Origin: Balanoglossus misakiensis
Lineage: Eukaryota; Animalia; Hemichordata
Assembly (NCBI GenBank): GCA_040954595.2
Contig: CM082588.2
Coordinates: 10,896,844-10,960,843, forward strand
Length of the DNA: 64,000 nucleotides
Direction: 5' to 3'
The position numbers and the translations under genes are program-made. Positions within the stretch are counted from its first letter, which is position 1, and every line of letters begins with the position of its first letter. The notes below the pieces were generated by a model, which did no database searches, was not told the origin of the DNA, and was given only the letters and a program-made list of their open reading frames with translations. Below are positions 51,501 to 64,000 of this stretch, one piece after another.

Positions 51501-54500
51501 TTCGTTGATTTTTGAAAAAAAACATGGGTGAAAATCATCAAAAAATTACAAATTTTCGAATTTGCAAAATCTCAAAATTTCTTAAATTTTTGAAAAAAAG
51601 TCATGGGTGAAAATCATCAAAAAATTACAAATTTTCGTCTTTGCAAAATCTCAAAATTTCGTCGATTTTTGAAAAAAAAAATCATGGGTAAAAATCATCA
51701 AAAAATTACAAATTTTCGACTTTGCAAAATCTAAAAATTTTGTCGATTTTTGAAAAAAATCATGGGTGAAAATCATCAAAAAATGACAAATTTTCGACTT
51801 TGCAAAATCTCAAAATTTCGTAGATTTTTGAAAAAAAAAAATCATGGGTAAAAATCATCAAAAAATTACAAATTTTCGACTTTGCAAAATCTAAAAATTT
51901 TGTCGATTTTTGAAAACAATCATGGGTGAAAATCATCAAAAAATGACAAATTTTCGACTTTGCAAAATCTCAAAATTTTGTCGATTTTTGAAAAAAAATC
52001 ATGGGTGAAAATCATTAATAAATGACAAATTTTCGACTTTGCAAAATCTCAAAATTTCGTCGATTTTTGAAAAAAAATCATGGGTGAAAATCATCAAAAA
52101 ATTACAAATTTTCGACTTTGCAAAATCTCAAAATTTCGTCGATTTTTGAGAAAAATCATGGGTGAAAATCATCAAAAAATGACAAATTTTCGACTTTGCA
52201 AAATCTCAAAATTTTATCGATTTTTGAAAAAAATCATGGGTTCGTTCAATTTTGAAAAAAAACATGGGTGAAAATCATCAAAAAATTACAAATTTTCGAC
52301 TTTGCAAAATCTCAAAATTTCGTCGATTTTTGAAAAAAAATCATGGGTGAAAATCATCAAAAAATTACAAATTTTCTACTTTGCAAAATCTCAAAATTTC
52401 GTAAATTTTTGAAAAAAAGTCATGGGTGAAAATCATCAAAAAATTACAAATTTTCGTCTTTGCAAAATCACAAAATTTCGTCGATTTTTGAAAAAAAAAA
52501 TCATGGGTAAAAATCATCAAAAAATTACAAATTTTCGACTTTGCAAAATCTAAAAATTTTGTCGATTTTTGAAAAAAATCATGGGTGAAAATCATCAAAA
52601 AATGACAAATTTTCGTCTTTGCAAAATCTCAAAATTTCGTCCATTTTTGAATAAAAATCATGGGTGAAAATCATCAAAAAATGACACATTTTCGACTTTG
52701 CAAAATCTAAAAATTTCGTCGATTTTTGAAAAAAATCATGGTTGAAAATCATCAAAAAATGACAAAATTTTCGACTTTGTAAAATCACAAAATTTCGTCG
52801 ATTTTGAAAAAAATCATAGGTTCGTCGATTTCTAAAAAAAAACATGGGTGAAAATCATCAAAAAATGACAAATTTTCGACTTTGCAAAATCTCAAAATTT
52901 CGTCGATTTTTGAAAAAAATCATGGGTGAAAATCATCAAAAAATGACAAATTTTCGACTTCGCAAAATCTCAAAATTTCGTCAATTTTTGAAAAAATCAG
53001 GGGTAAAAATCATCAAAAAATGACAAATTTTCGTCTTTGCTAAATCTCAAAATTTCGTCGGTTTTTGAAAAATAATATGGGTTCGTTCAATTTTGAAAAA
53101 AAACATGGGTGAAAATCATCAAAAAATTACAAATTTTCGACTTTGCAAAATCTCAAAATTTTGTCGATTTTTGAAAAAAAATCATGGGTGAAAATCATTA
53201 ATAAATGACAAATTTTCGACTTTGCAAAATCTCAAAATTTCGTCGATTTTTGAAAAAAAATCATGGGTGAAAATCATCAAAAAATTACAAATTTTCGACT
53301 TTGCAAAATCTCAAAATTTCGTCGATTTTCGAGAAAAATCATGGGTGAAAATCATCAAAAAATGACAAATTTTCGACTATGCAAAATCTCAAAATTTAGT
53401 CGATTTTTGAAAAAAATCATGGGTTCGTTCAATTTTGAAAAAAAACATGGGTGAAAATCATCAAAAAATTACAAATTTTCGACTTTGCAAAATCTCAAAA
53501 TTTTGTCGATTTTTGATAAAAAATCATGGGTGAAAATCATTAATAAATGACAAATTTTCGACTTTGCAAAATCTAAAAATTTTGTCGATTTTTGAAAAAA
53601 ATCATGGGTGAAAATCATCAAAAAATGACAAATTTTCGACTTTGCAAAATCTCAAAATTTTGTCGATTTTTGAAAAAAAATCATGGGTTCGTTGATTTTT
53701 GAAAAAAAACATGGGTGAAAATCATCAAAAAATTACAAATTTTCGAATTTGCAAAATCTCAAAATTTTGTCGATTTTTGAAAAAAATCATGGGTGAAAAT
53801 AATCAAAAAATTACAAATTTTCGACTTTGCAAAATCTAAAAATTTTGTCGATTTTTGAAAAAAATCATGGGTGAAAATCATCAAAAAATGACAAATTTTC
53901 GACTATGCAAAATCTCAAAATTTAGTCGATTTTTGAAAAAAATCATGGGTTCGTTCAATTTTGAAAAAAAACATGGGTGAAAATCATCAAAAAATTACAA
54001 ATTTTCGACTTTGCAAAATCTCAAAATTTTGTCGATTTTTGAAAAAAAATCATGGGTGAAAATCATTAATAAATGACAAATTTTCGACTTTGCAAAATCT
54101 CAAAATTTCGTCGATTTTTGAAAAAAAATCATGGGTGAAAATCATCAAAAAATTACAAATTTTCGACTTTGCAAAATCTCAAAATTTCGTCGATTTTTGA
54201 GAAAAATCATGGGTGAAAATCATCAAAAAATGACAAATTTTCGACTTTGCAAAATCTCAAAATTTTGTCGATTTTTGAAAAAAAATCATGGGTTCGTTGA
54301 TTTTTGAAAAAAAACATGGGTGAAAATCATCAAAAAATTACAAATTTTCGAATTTGCAAAATCTCAAAATTTCTTAAATTTTTGAAAAAAAGTCATGGGT
54401 GAAAATCATCAAAAAATTACAAATTTTCGTCTTTGCAAAATCTCAAAATTTCGTCGATTTTTGAAAAAAAAAATCATGGGTAAAAATCATCAAAAAATTA

Positions 54501-57500
54501 CAAATTTTCGACTTTGCAAAATCACAAAATTTCGTCGATTTTTGAAAAAAAAAACGGGTGAAAATCATCAAAAAATTACAAATTTTCGACTTTGCAAAAT
54601 CACAAAATTTCGTAAATTTTTGAAAAAAAGTCATGGGTGAAAATCATCAAAAAATTACAAATTTTCGTCTTTGCAAAATCTCAAAATTTCGTCGATTTTT
54701 GAAAAAAAAAATCATGGGTAAAAATCATCAAAAAATTACAAATTTTCGACTTTGCAAAATCTAAAAATTTTGTCGATTTTTGAAAAAAATCATGGGTGAA
54801 AATCATCAAAAAATGACAAATTTTCGTCTTTGCAAAATCTCAAAATTTCGTCCATTTTTGAATAAAAATCATGGGTGAAAATCATCAAAAAATGACACAT
54901 TTTCGACTTTGCAAAATCTAAAAATTTCGTCGATTTTTGAAAAAAATCATGGTTGAAAATCATCAAAAAATGACAAAATTTTCGACTTTGTAAAATCACA
55001 AAATTTCGTCGATTTTGAAAAAAATCATAGGTTCGTCGATTTCTAAAAAAAAACATGGGTGAAAATCATCAAAAAATGACAAATTTTCGACTTTGCAAAA
55101 TCTCAAAATTTCGTCGATTTTTGAAAAAAATCATGGGTGAAAATCATCAAAAAATGACAAATTTTCGACTTCGCAAAATCTCAAAATTTCGTCAATTTTT
55201 GAAAAAATCAGGGGTAAAAATCATCAAAAAATGACAAATTTTCGTCTTTGCTAAATCTCAAAATTTCGTCGGTTTTTGAAAAATAATATGGGTGAAAATC
55301 ATCAAAAAATGACAAATTTTCGACTTTGCAAAATCTCAAAATTTCGTCCATTTTTGAAAAAAAATCATGGGTAAAAATCATCAAAAAATGACAAATTTTC
55401 GTCTTTGCAAAATCTCAAAATTTCTTCCATTTAAAAAAAAAAGCATGGGGGAAAATCATCAAAAAATGACAAATTTTCGTCTTTGCAAAATCTCAAAATT
55501 TCGTCCATTTAAAAAAAAAAACATGGGGGAAAATCATCAAAAAATGACAAATTTTCGACTTTGCAAAATCTCAAAATTTCGTCGATTTTGAAAAAAAACA
55601 TTGGGGGAAAATCATCAAAAAATGACAAATTATCGACTTTGCACAATCTCACAATTTCGTCGATTTTTGAAAAAAATCATGGGTGAAAATCATCAAAAAA
55701 TTACAAATTTTCGACTTTGCAAAATCTCAACATTTCGTCGATTTTTGAAAAAAATCATGGGTGAAAATCATCAAAAAATGACAAATTTTCGACTTTGCAA
55801 AATCTCACAATTTCGTCGATTTTTGAAAAAAATCATGGGTGAAAATCATCAAAAAATTACAAATTTTTGACTTTGCAAAATCTCAACATTTCGTCGATTT
55901 TTGAAAAAAATCATGGGTGAAAATCATCAAAAAATGACAAATTTTCGACTTTGCAAAATCTCAAAATTTCGTCAATTTTTGAAAAAATCACGGGTGAAAA
56001 TCATCAAAAAATGACAAATTTTCGTCTTTGCAAAATCTCAAAATTTCGTCGGTTTTTGAAAAATAATATGGTTGAAAATCATCAAAAAATGACAAAATTA
56101 TCGACTTTGCAAAATCTCACAATTTCGTCGATTTTTGAAAAAAAATCATGGGTGAAAATCATCAAAAAATTACAAATTTTCGACTTTGCAAAATCTCAAC
56201 ATTTCGTCGATTTTTGAAAAAAATCATGGGTGAAAATCATCAAAAAATGACAAATTTTCGACTTTGCAAAATCTCAAAATTTCGTCCATTTTAAAAAAAA
56301 AACATGGGGGAAAATCATCAAAAAATGAGAATATTTTCGACTTTGCAAAATCTCAAAATTTCGTCGATTTTGAAAAAAATCATAGGTTCGTCGATTTAAA
56401 AAAAAAACATGGGTGAAAATCATCAAAAAATGACAAATTTTCGACTTTGCAAAATCTCACAATTTCGTCGATTTTTGAAAAAAATCATGGGAGAAAATCA
56501 TCAAAAAATGACAAATTTTCGACTTTGCAAAATCTCAACATTTCGTCGATTTTTGAAAAAAATCATGGGTGAAAATCATCAAAAAATGACAAATTTTCGA
56601 CTTTGCAAAATCTCAAAATTTCGTCGATTTTTGAAAAAAAATCATGGGTGTAAATCATCAAAAAATGACAAATTTTCGTCTTTGCAAAATCTCAAAATTT
56701 CGTCCATTTTTGAATAAAAATCATGGGTGAAAATCATCAAAAAATGACAAATTTTCGACTTTGCAAAATCTAAAAATTTCGTCGATTTTTGAAAAAAATC
56801 ATGGGTGTAAATCATCAAAAAATGACAAATTTTCGTCTTTGCAAAATCTCAAAATTTCGTCCATTTTTGAATAAAAATCATGGGTGTAAATCATCAAAAA
56901 ATGACAAATTTTCGACTTTGCAAAATCTAAAAATTTCGTCGAATTTTTGAAAAAAATCATGGTTGAAAATCATCAAAAAATGACAAAATTTTCGACTTTG
57001 TAAAATCACAAAATTTCGTCGATTTTGAAAAAAATCATGGGTGTAAATCATCAAAAAATGACAAATTTTCGTCTTTGCAAAATCTCAAAATTTCGTCCAT
57101 TTTTGAATAAAAATCATGGGTGAAAATCATCAAAAAATGACAAATTTTCGTCTTTGCAAAATCTCAAAATTTCGTCGATTTTTGAAAAAAAATCATGGGT
57201 GTAAATCATCAAAAAATGACAAATTTTCGTCTTTGCAAAATCTCAAAATTTCGTCCATTTTTGAATAAAAATCATGGGTGAAAATCATCAAAAAATGACA
57301 AATTTTCGTCTTTGCAAAATCTCAAAATTTCGTCGATTTTTGAAAAAAAAATCATGGGTGTAAATCATCAAAAAATGACAAATTTTCGACTTTGCAAAAT
57401 CTAAAAATTTCGTCGATTTTTGAAAAAAATCATGGGTGTAAATCATCAAAAAATGACAAATTTTCGTCTTTGCAAAATCTCAAAATTTCGTCCATTTTTG

Positions 57501-60500
57501 AATAAAAATCATGGGTGTAAATCATCAAAAAATGACAAATTTTCGACTTTGCAAAATCTAAAAATTTCGTCGATTTTTGAAAAAAATCATGGTTGAAAAT
57601 CATCAAAAAATGACAAAATTTTCGACTTTGTAAAATCACAAAATTTCGTCGATTTTGAAAAAAATCATAGGTTCGTCGATTTCTAAAAAAAAACATTGGT
57701 GAAAATCATCAAAAAATGACAAATTTTCGACTTTGCAAAATCTCAAAATTTCGTCGATTTTTGAAAAAAATCATGGGTGAAAATCATCAAAAAATGACAA
57801 ATTTTCGACTTCGCAAAATCTCAAAATTTCGTCAATTTTTGAAAAAATCAGGGGTAAAAATCATCAAAAAATGACAAATTTTCGTCTTTGCTAAATCTCA
57901 AAATTTCGTCGGTTTTTGAAAAATAATATGGGTGAAAATCATCAAAAAATGACAAATTTTCGACTTTGCAAAATCTCAACATTTCGTCGATTTTTGAAAA
58001 AAATCATGGGTGAAAATCATCAAAAAATGACAAATTTTCGACTTTGCAAAATCTCAAAATTTCGTCCATTTTAAAAAAAAAAACATGGGGGAAAATCATC
58101 AAAAAATGAGAAAATTTTCGACTTTGCAAAATCTCAAAATTTCGTCGATTTTGAAAAAAATCATAGGTTCGTCGATTTAAAAAAAAAAACATGGGTGAAA
58201 ATCATCAAAAAATGACAAATTTTCGACTTTGCAAAATCTCACAATTTCGTCGATTTTTGAAAAAAATCATGGGAGAAAATCATCAAAAAATGACAAATTT
58301 TCGACTTTGCAAAATCTCAACATTTCGTCGATTTTTGAAAAAAATCATGGGTGAAAATCATCAAAAAATGACAAATTTTCGACTTTGCAAAATCTCACAA
58401 TTTCGTCGATTTTTGAAAAAAATCATGGGTGAAAATCATCAAAAAATTACAAATTTTCGACTTTGCAAAATCTCAACATTTCGTCAATTTTTGAAAAAAT
58501 CATGGGTGAAAATCATCAAAAAATGACAAATTTTCGTCTTTGCAAAATCTCAAAATTTCGTCGGTTTTTGAAAAATAATATGGTTGAAAATCATCAAAAA
58601 ATGACAAAAATATCGACTTTGCAAAATCTCACAATTTCGTCGATTTTTGAAAAAAAATCATGGGTGAAAGTCATCAAAAAATGACAAATTTTCGACTTTG
58701 CAAAATCTCAAAATTTCGTCCATTTTAAAAAAAAAACATGGGGGAAAATCATCAAAAAATGAGAAAATTTTCGACTTTGCAAAATCTCAAAATTTCGTCG
58801 ATTTTGAAAAAAATCATAGGTTCGTCGATTTAAAAAAAAAACATGGGTGAAAATCATCAAAAAATGACAAATTTTCGACTTTGCAAAATCTCACAATTTC
58901 GTCGATTTTTGAAAAAAATCATGGGAGAAAATCATCAAAAAATGACAAATTTTCGACTTTGCAAAATCTCAACATTTCGTCGATTTTTGAAAAAAATCAT
59001 GGGTGAAAATCATCAAAAAATGACAAATTTTCGACTTTGCAAAATCTCAAAATTTCGTCGATTTTTGAAAAAAAATCATGGGTGTAAATCATCAAAAAAT
59101 GACAAATTTTCGTCTTTGCAAAATCTCAAAATTTCGTCCATTTTTGAATAAAAATCATGGGTGAAAATCATCAAAAAATGACACATTTTCGACTTTGCAA
59201 AATCTAAAAATTTCGTCGATTTTTGAAAAAAATCATGGTTGAAAATCATCAAAAAATGACAAAATTTTCGACTTTGTAAAATCACAAAATTTCGTCGATT
59301 TTGAAAAAAATCATAGGTTCGTCGATTTCTAAAAAAAAACATGGGTGAAAATCATCAAAAAATGACAAATTTTCGACTTTGCAAAATCTCAAAATTTCGT
59401 CGATTTTTGAAAAAAATCATGGGTGAAAATCATCAAAAAATGACAAATTTTCGACTTCGCAAAATCTCAAAATTTCGTCAATTTTTGAAAAAATCAGGGG
59501 TAAAAATCATCAAAAAATGACAAATTTTCGTCTTTGCTAAATCTCAAAATTTCGTCGGTTTTTGAAAAATAATATGGGTGAAAATCATCAAAAAATGACA
59601 AATTTTCGACTTTGCAAAATCTCAACATTTCGTCGATTTTTGAAAAAAATCATGGGTGAAAATCATCAAAAAATGACAAATTTTCGACTTTGCAAAATCT
59701 CAAAATTTCGTCCATTTAAAAAAAAAAACATTGGGGAAAATCATCAAAAAATGAGAAAATTTTCGACTTTGCAAAATCTCAAAATTTCGTCGATTTTGAA
59801 AAAAATCATAGGTTCGTCGATTTAAAAAAAAAAACATGGGTGAAAATCATCAAAAAATGACAAATTTTCGACTTTGCAAAATCTCAACATTTCGTCGATT
59901 TTTGAAAAAAATCATGGGTGAAAATCATCAAAAAATGACAAATTATCGACTTTGCAAAATCTCACAATTTCGTCGATTTTTGAAAAAAATCATGGGTGAA
60001 AATCATCAAAAAATTACAAATTTTCGACTTTGCAAAATCTCAACATTTCGTCGATTTTTTAAAAAAATCATGGGTGAAAATCATCAAAAAATGACAAATT
60101 TTCGACTTTGCAAAATCTCAAAATTTCGTCAATTTTTGAAAAAAATCATGGGTGAAAATCATCAAAAAATGACAAATTTTCGACTTTGCAAAATCTCAAA
60201 ATTTCGTCAATTTTTGAAAAAAATCATGGGTGAAAATCATCAAAAAATGACAAATTTTCGACTTTGCAAAATCTCAACATTTCATCGATTTTTGAAAAAA
60301 AATCATGGTTGAAAATCATCAAAAAATGACAAATTTTCGTCTTTGCAAAATCTCAAAATTTCGTCCATTTTTGAATAAAAATCATGGGTGAAAATCATCA
60401 AAAAATGACACATTTTCGACTTTGCAAAATCTAAAAATTTCGTCGATTTTTGAAAAAAATCATGGGTGATAATCATCAAAAAATGACAAATTATCGACTT

Positions 60501-63500
60501 TGCAAAATCTCAAAATTTCGTCGATTTTGAAAAAAAACATTGGGGGAAAATCATCAAAAAATGACAAATTATCGACTTTGCAAAATCTCAAAATTTCGTC
60601 CATTTTAAAAAAAAAACATGGGGGAAAATCATCAAAAAATGACAAATTTTCGACTTTGCAAAATCTCAACATTTCATCGATTTTTGAAAAAAATCATGGG
60701 TGAAAATCATCAAAAAATGACAAATTTTCGTCTATGCAAAATCTCAAAATTTCGTCGGTTTTTGAAAAATAATATGGTTGAAAATCATCAAAAAATGACA
60801 AAATTATCGACTTTGCAAAATCTCACAATTTCGTCGATTTTTGAAAAAAAATCATGGGTGAAAATCATCAAAAAATTACAAATTTTCGACTTTGCAAAAT
60901 CTCAACATTTCGTCGATTTTTGAAAAAAATCATGGGTGAAAATCATCAAAAAATGACAAATTTTCGACTTTGCAAAATCTCAAAATTTCGTCCATTTTAA
61001 AAAAAAAACATGGGGGAAAATCATCAAAAAATGAGAAAATTTTCGACTTTGCAAAATCTCAAAATTTCGTCGATTTTGAAAAAAAACATTGGGGGAAAAT
61101 CATCAAAAAATGACAAATTATCGACTTTGCAAAATCTCACAATTTCGTCGATTTTTGAAAAAAATCATGGGTGAAAATCATCAAAAAATTACAAATTTTC
61201 GACTTTGCAAAATCTCAACATTTCGTCGATTTTTGAAAAAAATCATGGGTGAAAATCATCAAAAAATTACAAATTTTCGACTTTGCAAAATCTCAACATT
61301 TCGTCGATTTTTGAAAAAAATCATGGGTGAAAATCATCAAAAAATGACAAATTTTCGACTTTGCAAAATCTCAAAATTTCGTCAATTTTTGAAAAAATCA
61401 TGGGTGAAAATCATCAAAAAATGACAAATTTTCGTCTATGCAAAATCTCAAAATTTCGTCGGTTTTTGAAAAATAATATGGTTGAAAATCATCAAAAAAT
61501 GACAAAATTATCGACTTTGCAAAATCTCAACATTTCGTCGATTTTTGAAAAAAATCATGGGTGAAAATCATCAAAAAATGACAAATTTTCGACTTTGCAA
61601 AATCTCAAAATTTCGTCGATTTTGAAAAAAATCATAGGTTCGTCGATTTAAAAAAAAAAAACATGGGTGAAAATCATCAAAAAATGACAAATTTTCGACT
61701 TTGCAAAATCTCACAATTTCGTCGATTTTTGAAAAAAATCATGGGAGAAAATCATCAAAAAATGACAAATTTTCGACTTTGCAAAATCTCAACATTTCGT
61801 CGATTTTTGAAAAAAATCATGGGTGAAAATCATCAAAAAATGACAAATTTTCGACTTTGCAAAATCTCAACATTTCGTCGATTTTTGAAAAAAATCATGG
61901 GTGAAAATCATCAAAAAATGACAAATTTTCGACTTTGCAAAATCTCAAAATTTCGTCGATTTTGAAAAAAATCATAGGTTCGTCGTTTTTTTTAAAAAAA
62001 AACATGGGTGAAAATCATCAAAAAATGACAAATTTTTGACTTTGCAAAATCTCACAATTTCGTCGATTTTTGAAAAAAATCATGGGTGAAAATCATCAAA
62101 AAATGACAAATTTTCGACTTTGCAAAATCTCAAAATTTCGTCCATTTTAAAAAAAAAACATGGGGGAAAATCATCAAAAAATGACAAATTTTCGACTTTG
62201 CAAAATCTCAAAATTTCGTCGATTTTGAAAAAAACCATTGGGGGAAAATCATCAAAAAATGACAAATTTTCGACTTTGCAAATCTCAAAATTTCGTCAAT
62301 TTTTGAAAAAATCATGGGTGAAAATCATCAAAAAATGACAAATTTTCGTCTATGCAAAATCTCAAAATTTCGTCGGTTTTTGAAAAATAATATGGTTGAA
62401 AATCATCAAAAAATGACAAAATTATCGACTTTGCAAAATCTCAACATTTCGTCGATTTTTGAAAAAAATCATGGGTGAAAATCATCAAAAAATGACAAAT
62501 TTCGACTTTGCAAAATCTCAAAATTTCGTCGATTTTGAAAAAAATCATAGGTTCGTCGATTTAAATAAAAAAAACATGGGTGAAAATCATCAAAAAATGA
62601 CAAATTTTCGACTTTGCAAAATCTCACAATTTCGTCGATTTTTGAAAAAAATCATGGGAGAAAATCATCAAAAAATGACAAATTTTCGACTTTGCAAAAT
62701 CTCAACATTTCGTCGATTTTTGAAAAAAAATCATGGGTGAAAATCATCAAAAAATGACAAATTTTCGACTTTGCAAAATCTCAACATTTCGTCGATTTTT
62801 GAAAAAAATCATGGGTGAAAATCATAAAAATATGACAAATTTTCGACTTTGCAAAATCTCAAAATTTCGTCGATTTTGAAAAAAATCATAGGTTCGTCGT
62901 TTTTTTAAAAAAAAAACATGGGTGAAAATCATCAAAAAATGACAAATTTTTGACTTTGCAAAATCTCACAATTTCGTCGATTTTTGAAAAAAATCATGGG
63001 TGAAAATCATCAAAAAATGACAAATTTTCGACTTTGCAAAATCTCAAAATTTCGTCCATTTTAAAAAAAAAACATGGGGGAAAATCATCAAAAAATGACA
63101 AATTTTCGACTTTGCAAAATCTCAAAATTTCGTCGATTTTGAAAAAAACCATTGGGGGAAAATCATCAAAAAATGACAAATTTTCGACTTTGCAAAATCT
63201 CAAAATTTCGTCGATTTTGAAAAAAAACCATTGGGGGAAAATCATCAAAAAATTACAAATTTTCGACTTTGCAAAATCTCAACATTTCGTCGATTTTGAA
63301 AAAAAACCATTGGGGGAAAATCATCAAAAAATTACAAATTTTCGACTTTGCAAAATCTCAACATTTCGTCGATTTTTGAAAAAAATCATGGGTGAAAATA
63401 ATCAAAAAATGACAAATTTTCGACTTTGCAAAATCTCAAAATTTCGTCGATTTTGAAAAAAATCATAGGTTCGTCGATTTTAAAAAAAAAACATGGGTGA

Positions 63501-64000
63501 AAATCATCAAAAAATGACAAATTTTCGACTTTGCAAAATCTCACAATTTTGTCGATTTTTGAAAAAAATCATGGGAGAAAATCATCAAAAAATGACAAAT
63601 TTTCGACTTTGCAAAATCTCAAAATTTCGTCGATTTTGAAAAAAATCATAGGTTCGTCGATTTAAAAAAAAAAAACATGGGTGAAAATCATCAAAAAATG
63701 ACAAATTTTCGACTTTGCAAAATCTCACAATTTCGTCGATTTTTGAAAAAAATCATGGGAGAAAATCATCAAAAAATGACAAATTTTCGACTTTGCAAAA
63801 TCTCAACATTTCGTCGATTTTTGAAAAAAATCATGGGTGAAAATCATCAAAAAATGACAAATTTTCGACTTTGCAAAATCTCAACATTTCGTCGATTTTT
63901 GAAAAAAATCATGGGTGAAAATCATCAAAAAATGACAAATTTTCGACTTTGCAAAATCTCAAAATTTCGTCGATTTTGAAAAAAATCATAGGTTCGTCGT
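33551..64000 (+). repeat. Large 78-bp satellite array with an interspersed ~28-bp subunit and higher-order repeats; continues past the window end
   Basis: Consensus catgggtgaaaatcatcaaaaaatgacaaattttcgactttgcaaaatctcaaaatttcgtcgatttttgaaaaaaat (78 nt), plus catgggttcgt(t/c)(g/c)attttgaaaaaaaa. Confidence 0.98.

Noticed and set aside
27585-63979. Dozens of ORFs with repeated MGENHQKMTNFRLCKISKFRRFLKKI
   Set aside because: Artefact of a 78-bp (26-codon) satellite; frames break at variable poly-A runs.
33551-64000. CRISPR-like repeat array
   Set aside because: No unique spacers or cas genes, and the context is eukaryotic; it is a tandem satellite.

Overview
Eukaryotic (probably marine invertebrate; inferred), AT-rich, repeat-dominated window with no ordinary host gene. 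Bases 1-27.6 kb are nested transposons. They include the 3' end of a Ty3/Gypsy element lying in an intron of a Mutator-like transposase remnant, and SINE and MITE debris. A Gmr1-type LTR element (5' LTR 10082-11378, tRNA-Pro PBS, gag-PR-INT-RT order) follows, along with Academ- and Kolobok-type non-autonomous elements and a ~2 kb duplicated segment. Bases 27.65-64 kb are a ~78-bp satellite array that carries an AcademX-like insertion, switches strand at 33550/33551 and shows higher-order repeats. The standout feature is a 5474-bp DNA transposon (13490-18963) that splits the Gmr1 pol. It has a 3-bp TSD (ACA) and bipartite RSS-like ends (CACT-type terminus, non-conserved spacer, then TGGGCAGTATT at the same offset). 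It carries a spliced RAG1/Transib/Chapaev-like DDE transposase that appears to lack the CCHH zinc ligands, plus a convergently transcribed intact 216-aa orphan gene. This is the ProtoRAG layout, but the partner does not look like RAG2. All family calls come from motifs read by eye, not from database searches.
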